Part shown: in pieces, positions 14,924 to 23,691 of the stretch
How positions within the stretch are numbered: the stretch's first letter is position 1
Layout of the letters: every line of letters starts with the position of its first letter
From: Planctomycetota bacterium
GTDB taxonomy: Bacteria > Planctomycetota > PLA2 > JAEUHO01
Assembly (NCBI GenBank): GCA_965223505.1
Contig: CBDCWP010000008.1
Span: 64,001 to 128,000, forward strand
Direction of reading: 5' to 3'
Length of the DNA: 64,000 nt
Translations under genes and position numbers: made by a program
Notes under the pieces: model-generated
What the model was told of the DNA's origin: nothing
Seen by the model: only the letters and a program-made list of their open reading frames with translations
Database searches by the model: none

Positions 14924-15423
14924 ACATCCACCTGACCCCCGTCAAGACGCCCTTGCTCGGGCATCTGCTGATCGCCGGCATCGGCAAGCGCGTCGTGCGC
15001 ATCCGGTTGGACGGTGACGACGAACAGTTGCGCGCCGATCTGACGCGGCAGTTTCCCGACGGCGCCTTCAAGCGCGGGAGTCCGACCACCCAGGATGCGG
15101 CCCGTGCGATCAAGCACTACCTGAACGGCGGCGAGGATCCGGATCTCGACGTCGTGCTCCCGCAGGTCGGGTTCGCCACGCGCGTTTGGCAGCAGCTGCG
15201 CCGGATCCCGCGGGGGCAGGTGCGTACGTACGGCCGCGTCGCGCGGTCGATCCGGCGTCCGGCGGCGGCGCGCGCGGTGGGGCAGGCGTGCGGGCGCAAT
15301 CCGCTGCCGTTGGTCTATCCGTGCCACCGCGTCGTGGCGGCCGACCGAGGGTTGGGCGGCTTCAGCGCCGGTCTGGCCAAGAAGCGCAAGCTGCTCGAGC
15401 TGGAGGGCGTGGCGCTGCGGTAG
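14920..15423 (+). CDS. ogt: Methylated-DNA--protein-cysteine methyltransferase
   Basis: IPRGQVRTYG, AARAVGQACGRNP, active-site PCHRV, KRKLLELE; TTG start overlaps the upstream stop. Confidence 0.93.
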   Translation: MNIHLTPVKTPLLGHLLIAGIGKRVVRIRLDGDDEQLRADLTRQFPDGAFKRGSPTTQDAARAIKHYLNGGEDPDLDVVLPQVGFATRVWQQLRRIPRGQVRTYGRVARSIRRPAAARAVGQACGRNPLPLVYPCHRVVAADRGLGGFSAGLAKKRKLLELEGVALR

Positions 15424-15480
15424 CGACGTAGGGGTGGGGATTGAACACGCCCGCGAATGACGGATGGCGTGCATCACATC

Positions 15481-15558
15481 GGGACCGGGACCGGGACCGG
15501 GACCGGGACCGGGATCGGGATCGGGGTTGGATGTAGGGGCGATCCCAAGCGTCGCCCG
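15481..15558. repeat. (GGGACC)5(GGGATC)2 tract followed by a REP-like hairpin
   Basis: Read directly; GTAGGGGCGATCCCAAGCGTCGCCC near 15533 resembles the REP family found elsewhere in the window. Confidence 0.75.
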
Positions 15559-15620
15559 CTGGTGCAAGACCCTCCGCCGCCCTAGGGGGAGGAGCCGGCA
15601 CTCGAATCGAGGTGCCGCGG

Positions 15621-16199
15621 TTAGTCCACCACCTTGCTCGATTCTCCGACCGCGCGTCGAGTCGGCCTAAGAATGACGTTTGGCTGCCCCCGACACCGCG
15701 CTCCCGCCAAGGCGCGCGCGTTCTCTGCCGCAACCTCGATCACGTCTCCCAACGACAGCATGGCATGAACGTCAGCGTCGCGCAGAGCAGGTGCGTACGG
15801 GGGGAGGTACATGACAAGTGCGCCAAGAGATTCGGATTGAATCGAGATAGGGAACGCAAACACATCCGTGCCGCTCAGATGCGCGTCCAGAAGTTCGACG
15901 ATGTCGCCGTCAATATCGAGGTCAAGGGCGCTTACAAGACGGCCCGTCGTGATCGCGCGCTGCACGAGACGACCGTCGATGTTCCGCAGGCGTTCACGTA
16001 CGACGGGCGAAAGCGCCTCAAACTCCGGACTGGGCTCGGCCGAGCAAGTGCCTCTCATGCGCCCATACTGATGGACTGAGCACACCGAGGCTCCGTACCT
16101 ATTCGCAAGCCCGGTCACCAGACGTTTGAGTAGCACTGAAGACGGCAGGGACCTTGAGGCGGCTGAAAGCCGAAAAAGGAAGCCGAAGACTCTGGTCAT
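15621..16199 (-). CDS. Hypothetical protein, stand-alone GAF-like domain
   Basis: LVQRAITTGRLV...VFAFPISIQSESLGALVMY...DVHAMLSLGDVIEVAAENAR resembles a GAF core; start uncertain (ATG 16199 chosen); region is less GC-rich. Confidence 0.55.
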   Translation of the reverse strand: MTRVFGFLFRLSAASRSLPSSVLLKRLVTGLANRYGASVCSVHQYGRMRGTCSAEPSPEFEALSPVVRERLRNIDGRLVQRAITTGRLVSALDLDIDGDIVELLDAHLSGTDVFAFPISIQSESLGALVMYLPPYAPALRDADVHAMLSLGDVIEVAAENARALAGARCRGQPNVILRPTRRAVGESSKVVD

Positions 16200-16559
16200 G
16201 CAGGGGGGGGTGTCCGAGACTCCGATCGGCCTATCGACGGCGCGGCAGCCGCTAGTTGAAGCCCTTCGAGACCATCGGACGAATCGGCCGAAAAATCGGA
16301 ACAGCCCAGGGCGCCGGTGAGCGCCGGGCCAACCGCGGCTGGGCCGAGCGGAATACGCCCGCCGGAGGAAGGCGAATGGCAGTAGGTCCGACAACGAGAC
16401 TCGGACGGGCCGGGGAGTCCTCGCGAGGTATTCTGCCTCGCCATCAAGGCTCGAGCGGTCTCGCTGGTGACCGAGGCGGTTTTCCGGCCCGAGGCTTTCC
16501 CTCGGTGTCTGGCTTCGCAGAATCGCGCACTTGACGTTGGGGCTTCCTGAGCAAGAGGA

Positions 16560-16712
16560 CTAGGGCTTCGGGGGCGGCCACCAGTAGCGCCGACCGATCG
16601 GCCGCAAGCCTCGCTCCCAGCGCCACCAGGTGACCTGTGAGACGCCAGCCTGATCTGAGGCCTCACGGGGACTCCAACCTCTTTTCTCTCGCTGTGTCAG
16701 GATCCAGAGGCC
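16560..16712 (-). pseudogene. XRE-family helix-turn-helix fragment without a canonical start codon
   Basis: LWILTQREKRGWSPREASDQAGVSQVTWWRWERG matches the HTH_3 pattern R..RG.S..E.A...GVS..T...WE.G; no nearby in-frame ATG/GTG/TTG upstream. Confidence 0.45.
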
Positions 16713-16790
16713 TTGGGCTGCCGGCCGGAGGCTGGCAAGTGCGGGAACTGCGACGCAAATGGTCGTATTCCAACAAGGGTCAGAACCCTG

Positions 16791-16814
16791 ACCGGGACCG
16801 GGACCGGGACCGGG
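16791..16814. repeat. (ACCGGG)4 hexamer tract
   Basis: Read directly; same unit and orientation as the tract at 15481. Confidence 0.75.
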
Positions 16815-16843
16815 ATGGGGGTGGGGCGTGCTGCCCCCTCCGC

Positions 16844-17875
16844 CTACGCCTTCACCAGAACGACCTTGCCGAAGTTCTTCCGGTCGTGAAGGTACTGATG
16901 CGCGTCCGCCGCACCCTCCGCCGTCAACGGAAACGTCTTCGCGATCGTCGGTTGGATCTCGCCCGCCTCGAGCTTCTCGCGCAACTGCTCCATCCCCGAG
17001 CTCTGCAGCTCGCGCTCCGTGAACATCTGCGCCAGGTTCAGCCCGTGCACGCCCTTGTTCTGGTTCATCAACGTGATCGGGTTGATCTTGTGCGCCTTCA
17101 GCACGCTCGTCACCGCGTGCCACAGCTTGCGCTTCGGCCCCGTCACCAGACTCGAGAAGCCGTAGCAGATCAACCGTCCCAGCGGCTCCAGCAGATCCAG
17201 TCCCTTCTGGAACGACTCGGGACCCAAGGGATCCAGGATGACGTGATAGCCGCGGCCGCGCAGGTGCTCGCGCGACGCCTTCGCGTAGTCGACCTCGCGG
17301 TAGTTGAACGCCTTGACCACGCCCATCGACTCGAGCCGCTCGCACTTCTCGTCACTGCCGGCCGTCGCATACACCTCGACGTCCAACGGCTTGGCGAGAT
17401 TCAACGCCGCCAGCCCGACCCCGCCCGCGCCGCCGTGAACGAGCACGCGCTCGCCGGGCTTGGCCGCGGCGCAATGCACCAGGGCCAGGTACGCCGTGAG
17501 GTAGTTGACGGGCACCGCCGCTGCCGTCGCGAAGTCGATGTCGTCCGAAATCGGCACCGCGCCGTGGTGGGCGAGCCGCACGTGGGACGCGTAGCCCCAG
17601 AATCGGCAGGTCGCCATCACGCGGGTTCCGGGCGCGAGCGCTTCGGGCACGTTCGCGCCGGCCTCTTCGACGACACCGGCGACCTCGTAGCCGGGCGCGT
17701 ACGGCATCGGCGGCGCGTCCGGATACAGACCGACACGACCCATGAGGTCCGCGAAGTTCACGCCGGCCGCCTCGACGCGCACCCGCAGGTCCTGCGGCTT
17801 CACGCGCGGATCCGGCAGCTCGCGCTCTTCGAAGACCTTGGGCGGTCCGTGCTTCGGGATGATCAGCGCTCTCAT
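16844..17875 (-). CDS. MDR-superfamily NADPH:quinone oxidoreductase-like protein (VAT-1-like)
   Basis: VEAAGVNFAD, PGYEVAGVV, PVNYLTAY, VLVHGGAGGVG, C-terminal GKVVL. Confidence 0.93.
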   Translation of the reverse strand: MRALIIPKHGPPKVFEERELPDPRVKPQDLRVRVEAAGVNFADLMGRVGLYPDAPPMPYAPGYEVAGVVEEAGANVPEALAPGTRVMATCRFWGYASHVRLAHHGAVPISDDIDFATAAAVPVNYLTAYLALVHCAAAKPGERVLVHGGAGGVGLAALNLAKPLDVEVYATAGSDEKCERLESMGVVKAFNYREVDYAKASREHLRGRGYHVILDPLGPESFQKGLDLLEPLGRLICYGFSSLVTGPKRKLWHAVTSVLKAHKINPITLMNQNKGVHGLNLAQMFTERELQSSGMEQLREKLEAGEIQPTIAKTFPLTAEGAADAHQYLHDRKNFGKVVLVKA

Positions 17876-17904
17876 CGGCGCAGATGCTACATACCATCTC
17901 CGCG

Positions 17905-18918
17905 ATGCGACCGTACGAAGTGCTCTCCCTCCGTGGCCAGGTAGGCCGGCTGCGGCGCCTCGCCGCCGACGCGCTGCCGCGATTCGGCCTGCCGGCCGAC
18001 GCCGAGCTCACCCTCCTGCACCACGGCGAGAACACGGTCTTCCGCCTGCAGGATCTGGACGGCGTGCAGCGCGTGCTGCGCATCCACCGTCCCGACTACC
18101 AACGCGACGAGCACATTCGCTCGGAGATGCTCTGGCTCGAGGCGCTGCGCCGCGACACCGACGTCGTGGCGCCCGCGCCGTACCGCGGCATCGACGGAGA
18201 GACCCTGCAGTACGCCCACGCGTCCGGCGTGGATCAGCCTCGGCGCGTGACCTGCCTCGAGTGGATCGACGGCCGCTTCACCTTGCGGCCCGGTTCCCCC
18301 CGCACGTACCGGGCGATCGGCGCAATGACCGCGGCGCTCCACGAGCACGGTCGGACCTGGGACCGGCCCGCCGACTTCGTCCGGCGAAGATGGGACCTCG
18401 AGGCGCTCGTCGGAGACCGGCCCCTCTTCGGGGACCCGATGGCCGTACCCGGATTGCGGCCGGCGCAGGAGAAGCTCATCGGGCGGGCGCGTGACCGGGT
18501 GCGGCGGGAGCTCGACGAGTACGGCACCGGTGACGATCGGTTCGGGTTGATCCACGCGGACATGCATCTCGGCAACGTCCTTCGCTGCGGCGATCGTCCG
18601 GCGGTGATCGACTTCGACGACTGCGGCTTCGGCTGGTACGCGTACGAGCTGACGGTCAGCCTGCTGTCGACCGGCAACTGCCCGGCGCTGCCGCGCGCCA
18701 AGGCGGCGTGGGTGCAGGGCTACCGCAGCGTGCGGCCCTTCGACGACGAGCACGTCGAGCAGGTCGATCTGATGTGGTTGACCCGCAACATCACGATGCT
18801 CGGATGGCTCGGCGCCCGGCTCGACAATCCGCGCCTACGCGCGTACCTCCCGATCCGCGTCCGGATCGCGTGCGATGCGTCGGCGTCGTATCTGAAGACC
18901 GGCCGCGTGTTCTCCTAA
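17905..18918 (+). CDS. Phosphotransferase (APH / homoserine kinase type II superfamily)
   Basis: GENTVFRL, VLRIHRP, SEMLWL, GLIHADMHLGNVL, IDFDDCGFG. Confidence 0.9.
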   Translation: MRPYEVLSLRGQVGRLRRLAADALPRFGLPADAELTLLHHGENTVFRLQDLDGVQRVLRIHRPDYQRDEHIRSEMLWLEALRRDTDVVAPAPYRGIDGETLQYAHASGVDQPRRVTCLEWIDGRFTLRPGSPRTYRAIGAMTAALHEHGRTWDRPADFVRRRWDLEALVGDRPLFGDPMAVPGLRPAQEKLIGRARDRVRRELDEYGTGDDRFGLIHADMHLGNVLRCGDRPAVIDFDDCGFGWYAYELTVSLLSTGNCPALPRAKAAWVQGYRSVRPFDDEHVEQVDLMWLTRNITMLGWLGARLDNPRLRAYLPIRVRIACDASASYLKTGRVFS

Positions 18919-18957
18919 CCGTGGCGATCCGGCCCGCAAACCGATAGCCTCGCGCGC

Positions 18958-20097
18958 ATGACGATGGACGACAGCGCACGAACGCGCGTGCTTCAGCGGG
19001 GGGTCTTTCGCGGCCTCCTGCTCTTCGCGGCCGTCGTTTTCGCGCTCTGGGCGTTCTATCTCATCCTCGCGCCGTTCATCATTCCGATCGCGTGGGCGCT
19101 CTGCCTCGGCGCCGTCACCGCGCATCCCTATCGCATCCTCGCCGCGAAGTGGAAGAAACCGCGGCTCTCCGCGGTGGTGATGGTCGTGCTCGTCGCGGTC
19201 GTGATCCTCGGCCCCGTCGTCTTCGTGAGCGCGATGGTGTTGGAAGAGGCCCGGGCCATCGACTTCCGCGAGGCCGGCGAGCAGATCAAGAAGCACTTCC
19301 CGGACGTCTTGGCGACGGTCGAGGGCTGGGCCGTCGACGGCGGCCTCATCAAGTCGGACGACTCCCTGCTCGAGCGCGCGGGCATCGAGCTCAAGGAGCG
19401 CCTGCCCAAGCTGCTCTCCGGGTCCGTCGCCGGCAAGGCCGTCTCCGTGGTCATGGGGCCGGTCGTCTTCTTGATCGGTCTCGTGCTGACGCTCGTGACG
19501 CTCTACTTCGTCTACATCGAGTCGCGCAAGCTGCGCCGCATGGTGCGCGAGGTGTCGCCGCTCGAGGAGAGCGAGACGGATCTGATTCTCGAAACCCTGC
19601 GCGGCACCACCTCGGCGGCGATCACGGGCGGTGTGCTGGTCGCCCTGATCCAAGGTGCGCTCGGCGGCATCTCGTTCTGGATCGCGGGCGTGCAATCCCC
19701 GGTGCTGTGGAGCATCGTCATGGCGGGCGCCTCGCTGCTTCCGTTCGGCGGCACCGCCCTCATCTGGGTTCCCGCAGCAGCCTATCTGCTGGTTACGGGG
19801 CAGACGTGGCAGGGCTGGTTCGTGGTGGGCTGGGGCGTCGTGATCGTCGGCGTGGCGGACAATCTGCTGCGCCCTTGGCTGCTCACGAAAACGGGCGCGA
19901 AGGACATTCATCCGTTGCTGCTCTTCTTCGCGATCATGTCCGGCATCGGGTTGTTCGGCATGAGCGGCGTCGTGTTCGGGCCGCTGCTCCTGGCGCTCCT
20001 GACGACGGTCGTGCAGATCTACCGCCGGCACGTGACCCAGCAGGCGTCGGGGGAGGGCGAGGCGGAGGAAGCGGCCCCGGCGCCGGAACCGAGCTAG
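18958..20097 (+). CDS. AI-2E family transporter
   Basis: Multi-TM; VALIQG.LGG, PFGGTALIWVP, DNLLRP, IHPLLLFFAIMSG...GVVFGP. Confidence 0.93.
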   Translation: MTMDDSARTRVLQRGVFRGLLLFAAVVFALWAFYLILAPFIIPIAWALCLGAVTAHPYRILAAKWKKPRLSAVVMVVLVAVVILGPVVFVSAMVLEEARAIDFREAGEQIKKHFPDVLATVEGWAVDGGLIKSDDSLLERAGIELKERLPKLLSGSVAGKAVSVVMGPVVFLIGLVLTLVTLYFVYIESRKLRRMVREVSPLEESETDLILETLRGTTSAAITGGVLVALIQGALGGISFWIAGVQSPVLWSIVMAGASLLPFGGTALIWVPAAAYLLVTGQTWQGWFVVGWGVVIVGVADNLLRPWLLTKTGAKDIHPLLLFFAIMSGIGLFGMSGVVFGPLLLALLTTVVQIYRRHVTQQASGEGEAEEAAPAPEPS

Positions 20098-20288
20098 GGG
20101 CTGATTCGTCGCCTTTTGGAGCATCGGTGTCAGAATTTGAGACGTTTCGCACCCAGGTGGGCGCGGACGGTGGCGCCGAAAGTTCAGTGTCCATCGCGCG
20201 CCCCCCATCCTGTAAGATCACACCAAGCAACGGCTTATGCGGTTAGCGGGAAGTGAGCCGGTTTCTCGGCGGTAGGCCGAGCGGCGTC

Positions 20289-20305
20289 CCGGCACAGGCG
20301 TTGCG
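20289..20305 (+). promoter_or_regulatory. Sigma-54 (-24/-12) promoter
   Basis: CCGGCACAGGCGTTGCG: GG at 20291-20292 and GC at 20303-20304 with exact 10-nt spacing; matches GGCAC-N5-TTGC about 40 nt upstream of ATG 20344. Confidence 0.7.
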
Positions 20306-20343
20306 AAGTCCTTGGGACCATTTCCTCTTTCTCGAACTCACAG

Positions 20344-21225
20344 ATGCCCTCCAACAAGCCCAGACCCGATGACGTGATCACGCTCCCCGAGGCCGCGCGC
20401 CTCTTGGGTGTGGGGTCCACGACGCTGAAGCGTTGGAGCGATCAGGGACGCATTCCGCACACGCGCACGCCCGGTGGCCACCGGCGTTTCCTGCGCAGCG
20501 TGATCTTGGACTTCCGCTCCTTGGTCGACCCGCGCGCAGGCATGGGACGCAGCAGCAGCCCGTTGAGCCTGCGACTCGGAACGCCGGCGGAGTGGTTGGA
20601 CCGTGGCAACGCGCTTGCGGATCCGGATCGGATGGAGGCGGCACTGCTCGCGTTGCGCGCGTCGTCGCCCGACTGGGGGCGCGCCGCCGACACCGTTTGC
20701 GAGGACTTCGTGACGGGCATGCATCAGCGCAAGCGTGAGGGGCGGTTGTCCGAAGGCGGGTGGCGCGCGTTGCGCCGCAGCCTCGTTCGCGCTTCCTTGC
20801 GCGCGGCCGGCCGGTTGCGTCCGCAGATGGGCGCGCTCGTCGCGCTGCTTGCGAGCCCCGCCGGACAGGACGGCGAGATCTTGCTCGCGTTGACGGAAAC
20901 GGTGCTGCGCGAGCGCGGCTACAGCACGCTCGACGTCGGCTGCGCGACGGAGCCCGAGGTGTTGTCGCAGGTCATCGACGAGCAGCAGCCGCATCTCGTG
21001 GTGTTGCTGGCGGATGCCGGCAGCGACCCGGCGTCACTGGCCGTTCGCGTCGGCGGTGTCGCCCGTGTCGCGGGTGAAGGCGGTGCGACGCTGTGGTTCG
21101 GCGGCGGCGCGACCTGGCCGGCGATCGAGAGTGCGCGCAAGTTCTCGACGCTCGGCGCGTTGGGCCTCGCGGCCGCCGAGGGCATCGTCGACGAAGACGA
21201 CGTTCGGTTCGTCAACCACGATTAG
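20344..21225 (+). CDS. Excisionase/MerR-type HTH regulator with degenerate cobalamin-binding domain (CarH/LitR-like architecture)
   Basis: ITLPEAARLLGVGSTTLKRWSDQGRIPHTRTPGGHRRF; C-terminal LRERGY..LDVG..T..E.L......QPHLVVL Rossmann-like B12 domain lacking the His ligand. Confidence 0.8.
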   Translation: MPSNKPRPDDVITLPEAARLLGVGSTTLKRWSDQGRIPHTRTPGGHRRFLRSVILDFRSLVDPRAGMGRSSSPLSLRLGTPAEWLDRGNALADPDRMEAALLALRASSPDWGRAADTVCEDFVTGMHQRKREGRLSEGGWRALRRSLVRASLRAAGRLRPQMGALVALLASPAGQDGEILLALTETVLRERGYSTLDVGCATEPEVLSQVIDEQQPHLVVLLADAGSDPASLAVRVGGVARVAGEGGATLWFGGGATWPAIESARKFSTLGALGLAAAEGIVDEDDVRFVNHD

Positions 21226-21509
21226 TTCCTCGCGGCCCGTCTCTTCGAGGAGGGCCATGCCCTCCTCGAAGAGACGGACCGCGACCGGTCCCGAGCTTCG
21301 CTCGGCCCTCGCGCTGCGCGCTCGGGAGACCCGTGCTGCGCACGTGTCCGACCTGGAACTTCTTCTTCAAGGAGGGCATGGCCCTCCTTGCGGGCTCGCC
21401 CAGCTCGCCCTATCCACCCGCATGGCGCCTGCGGCGCGTCCGGCCAAGGGGCTAGTCCCTCGCGGCCCTGTCGGGTCGCGACCGGTCCCGAGCTTCGCCC
21501 GGCCCTCGC
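21223..21509. repeat. Structured repeat pair with long inverted repeats
   Basis: 18-bp perfect inverted repeat CCGTCTCTTCGAGGAGGG (21237-21254 / 21260-21277); CGCGACCGGTCCCGAGCTTCGC(T/C)CGGCCCTCGC occurs twice (~21280 and ~21477). Confidence 0.7.
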
Positions 21510-21518
21510 CTTCGCCGT

Positions 21519-21898
21519 GTAGGGGCGACCCTCGTGGTCGCCCAAAACAGTCGTCGATCAGGGGCTGTCCCGTGCAACGTTGGGCAGCCACAAGGGCTGC
21601 CCCTACTGGAACACGTGGACGTGGACGTGGACGTGAACCTGCACGACACCTGGACCGGGAGGCCGTGCAGGGGCGACCCTCGTGGTCGCCCGAACAGTCG
21701 TCGATCAGGGGCTGTCCCGTGCACCGTTGGGCAGCCACAAGGGCTGCCCCTACTGGAAACTTCACGTGGACGTGGACGTGAACCTGCACGACACCTGGAC
21801 CGGGAGGCCGTGTAGGGGCGACCCTCGTGGTCGCCCAAACAGTCGTCGATCAAGGGCTGTCCCGTGCACCGTTGGGCAGCCACAAGGGCTGCCCCTAC
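21519..21898. repeat. BIME/REPIN-like array of three inverted REP doublets
   Basis: REP-A GTAGGGGCGACCCTCGTGGTCGCCC at 21519, 21667 (GCAG variant) and 21812; inverted REP-B GGGCAGCCACAAGGGCTGCCCCTAC at 21582, 21729 and 21874; period about 145-148 bp. Confidence 0.92.
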
Positions 21899-21957
21899 CT
21901 GACGCCTCCGGCGGCTCGGTCCTTTCGAAGGTCGAAGGAACAAGACCGCATAGCGGT

Positions 21958-23667
21958 CTAGTTGTCTTCGACCTTGCCCTCGTCGAGCAGCTGCTTCGCG
22001 ACCGCGCGCGCCTGCGCCCGGCCCTCGAAGTGCTCGTTCAAGTTCGCCGTGACCAGCCCGTCCGCGCACATCAGCGCCAGGTCGTAGAGCTCGTCCCATT
22101 TCTCCTGCGCCGCGTAGATCTGCCGCAGGTTGTTCCAAGCGTCGTAGTAGCCGTAGTCCGAGAAGTCGAGCGCCCGCAGGTAGTAGAGCTCCGCCCGATC
22201 GAGGTCCTCGATCGGCTTGTGGAACTGGAACATCAGCCCCGTGTCGCTGATCACCTGCGCGTAGCTGTACCGCACCTGGAAGCTGAGTGTCTGTGACAAC
22301 GTCGCATCCCACTCGCCGATGATCTTGCTCGCCGCGACGTACGCCGCCGCGCTCTCGTCGAGCACGACCCGCCAGTCGTTGTCCGCCTGCCCGCGGCGCA
22401 CCCAGGCGTCACGCAAGAGCAGCCCGAGGTTGTTGCGGATCCACGGGCTGTTGGGCGCCATCTCGAACAGCTTCTTGTACCGGGCGATCATCTCCTTGAT
22501 CTTCGAAAGCGACATCTGGAGCACCGCGGCCTGCGGTTCCTTGCCGTCCCAGATCAACAGCTCCAGCGAGCCGGCCGCGCGCTCGTGGTTCGGATTCTCC
22601 TTGAGCGCCTCTTCGTAGGACGACCGAGCCTTGTCCGTCTGCGTCAACGCCTCCTGGGCCTTGCCCATCCAGTAGTAGGCGTCTGCGGGATTCTCACCGA
22701 CGCGCACCGCCTTCTTCAGCGTCGAGACGGCCTTCTCCCACTCCTCCATGTCCACGTGATGCATGCCGCGGTAGAGCATGATCCAGTAGTGCTTCGGATA
22801 CGCGCCGGCCAGGCGGTCCAGCGCCGCCGTGTATTGCGGCCGGCGGCTCTGCGCCAGCAACGACTGCAGGCCCCGTAGCGGCAGGTCCGACTTCTCGTTC
22901 AAGCCCGCGGCCTGCTCGTACGCTTTGCTGGCAGTGTTGAAGTCCGTCACGTAATGGGCGGCGTACGCCAGCTGGATCCAGGTCTTGTAGGACGACCCGT
23001 CCGCGATGGCGCTCGCCTCGTACGCGCCCTTCGCGCGCATGTACATCTTCTTCACGTCTTCCGTCAGGCTGCCCGCCGCGGCATGCGCATCGCGCGCTTG
23101 CAGGTACAACGTCTCGCCCTTCCAGAACATGGCCTTCGGCGACGCCTTCGGGTGCGCCTCGATGTACTCGTCAAGCACGGCCAGCGCCTTCTCGAACTCC
23201 GCGACGCCGAAGTGACTGCGCGCCAGTCCAACCGCCGCCCGCTCGTTGTCCTTCTGCGCCTTGTACGCCTTCTCGAACGCCGTCGCCGCATCGGCGTAGG
23301 TGAGCTTCAGCGAGGTGGGGTCGCTGATGCCCGAGGCACGGCCGAGGAAGACCTCACCGAGCAGCACCCAGCCGTCCCAGTCCTGGGGGTTGAGACGCAA
23401 GAGCCCGCCGGCGCCGTTCAGCGCCTCCTGGGCCTCGTAGAAATACTGATCGACGCCGCCCTTGATACAGGCCTCGGCGAGCCCGACGATCGCGTCGCGG
23501 TTCCTCGCGTCCTTCTCGAGCACCTTCAGGAAGAGGTCGACCGCGTCCTCGTAGTCTTCGTCTTCCAGCGCCTGCTTCGCCTTGTCGAGCGTGCCAGCGT
23601 GGGCGGGTGCGAGGCCCGCGGCGAGCAGGCAGATCAACATCCAGATCGTCGTCCGAGCGACCTTCAT
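21958..23667 (-). CDS. Secreted TPR protein
   Basis: Signal peptide (MKVARTTIWMLICLLAAGLAPAHA), many TPRs, SD GGAG. Confidence 0.88.
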   Translation of the reverse strand: MKVARTTIWMLICLLAAGLAPAHAGTLDKAKQALEDEDYEDAVDLFLKVLEKDARNRDAIVGLAEACIKGGVDQYFYEAQEALNGAGGLLRLNPQDWDGWVLLGEVFLGRASGISDPTSLKLTYADAATAFEKAYKAQKDNERAAVGLARSHFGVAEFEKALAVLDEYIEAHPKASPKAMFWKGETLYLQARDAHAAAGSLTEDVKKMYMRAKGAYEASAIADGSSYKTWIQLAYAAHYVTDFNTASKAYEQAAGLNEKSDLPLRGLQSLLAQSRRPQYTAALDRLAGAYPKHYWIMLYRGMHHVDMEEWEKAVSTLKKAVRVGENPADAYYWMGKAQEALTQTDKARSSYEEALKENPNHERAAGSLELLIWDGKEPQAAVLQMSLSKIKEMIARYKKLFEMAPNSPWIRNNLGLLLRDAWVRRGQADNDWRVVLDESAAAYVAASKIIGEWDATLSQTLSFQVRYSYAQVISDTGLMFQFHKPIEDLDRAELYYLRALDFSDYGYYDAWNNLRQIYAAQEKWDELYDLALMCADGLVTANLNEHFEGRAQARAVAKQLLDEGKVEDN

Positions 23668-23691
23668 GACGGTCTCCAAGCGGTGTCGGCG

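Noticed and set aside
16560..16562. Programmed amber read-through (pyrrolysine or recoding) joining HTH and GAF
   Set aside because: TAG is a normal and frequent stop in this window, no pyl genes are seen, and the linker is not convincingly coding.
17905..18918. Aminoglycoside resistance gene
   Set aside because: Only superfamily-level APH/kinase motifs; host-like composition and no mobile context.
20344..20520. Prophage excisionase
   Set aside because: The HTH is fused to a B12-type domain and no integrase or phage genes are present.
21519..21898. CRISPR array
   Set aside because: Repeats alternate in orientation, linkers are near-identical, and the GTAG + hairpin form fits REP/BIME.
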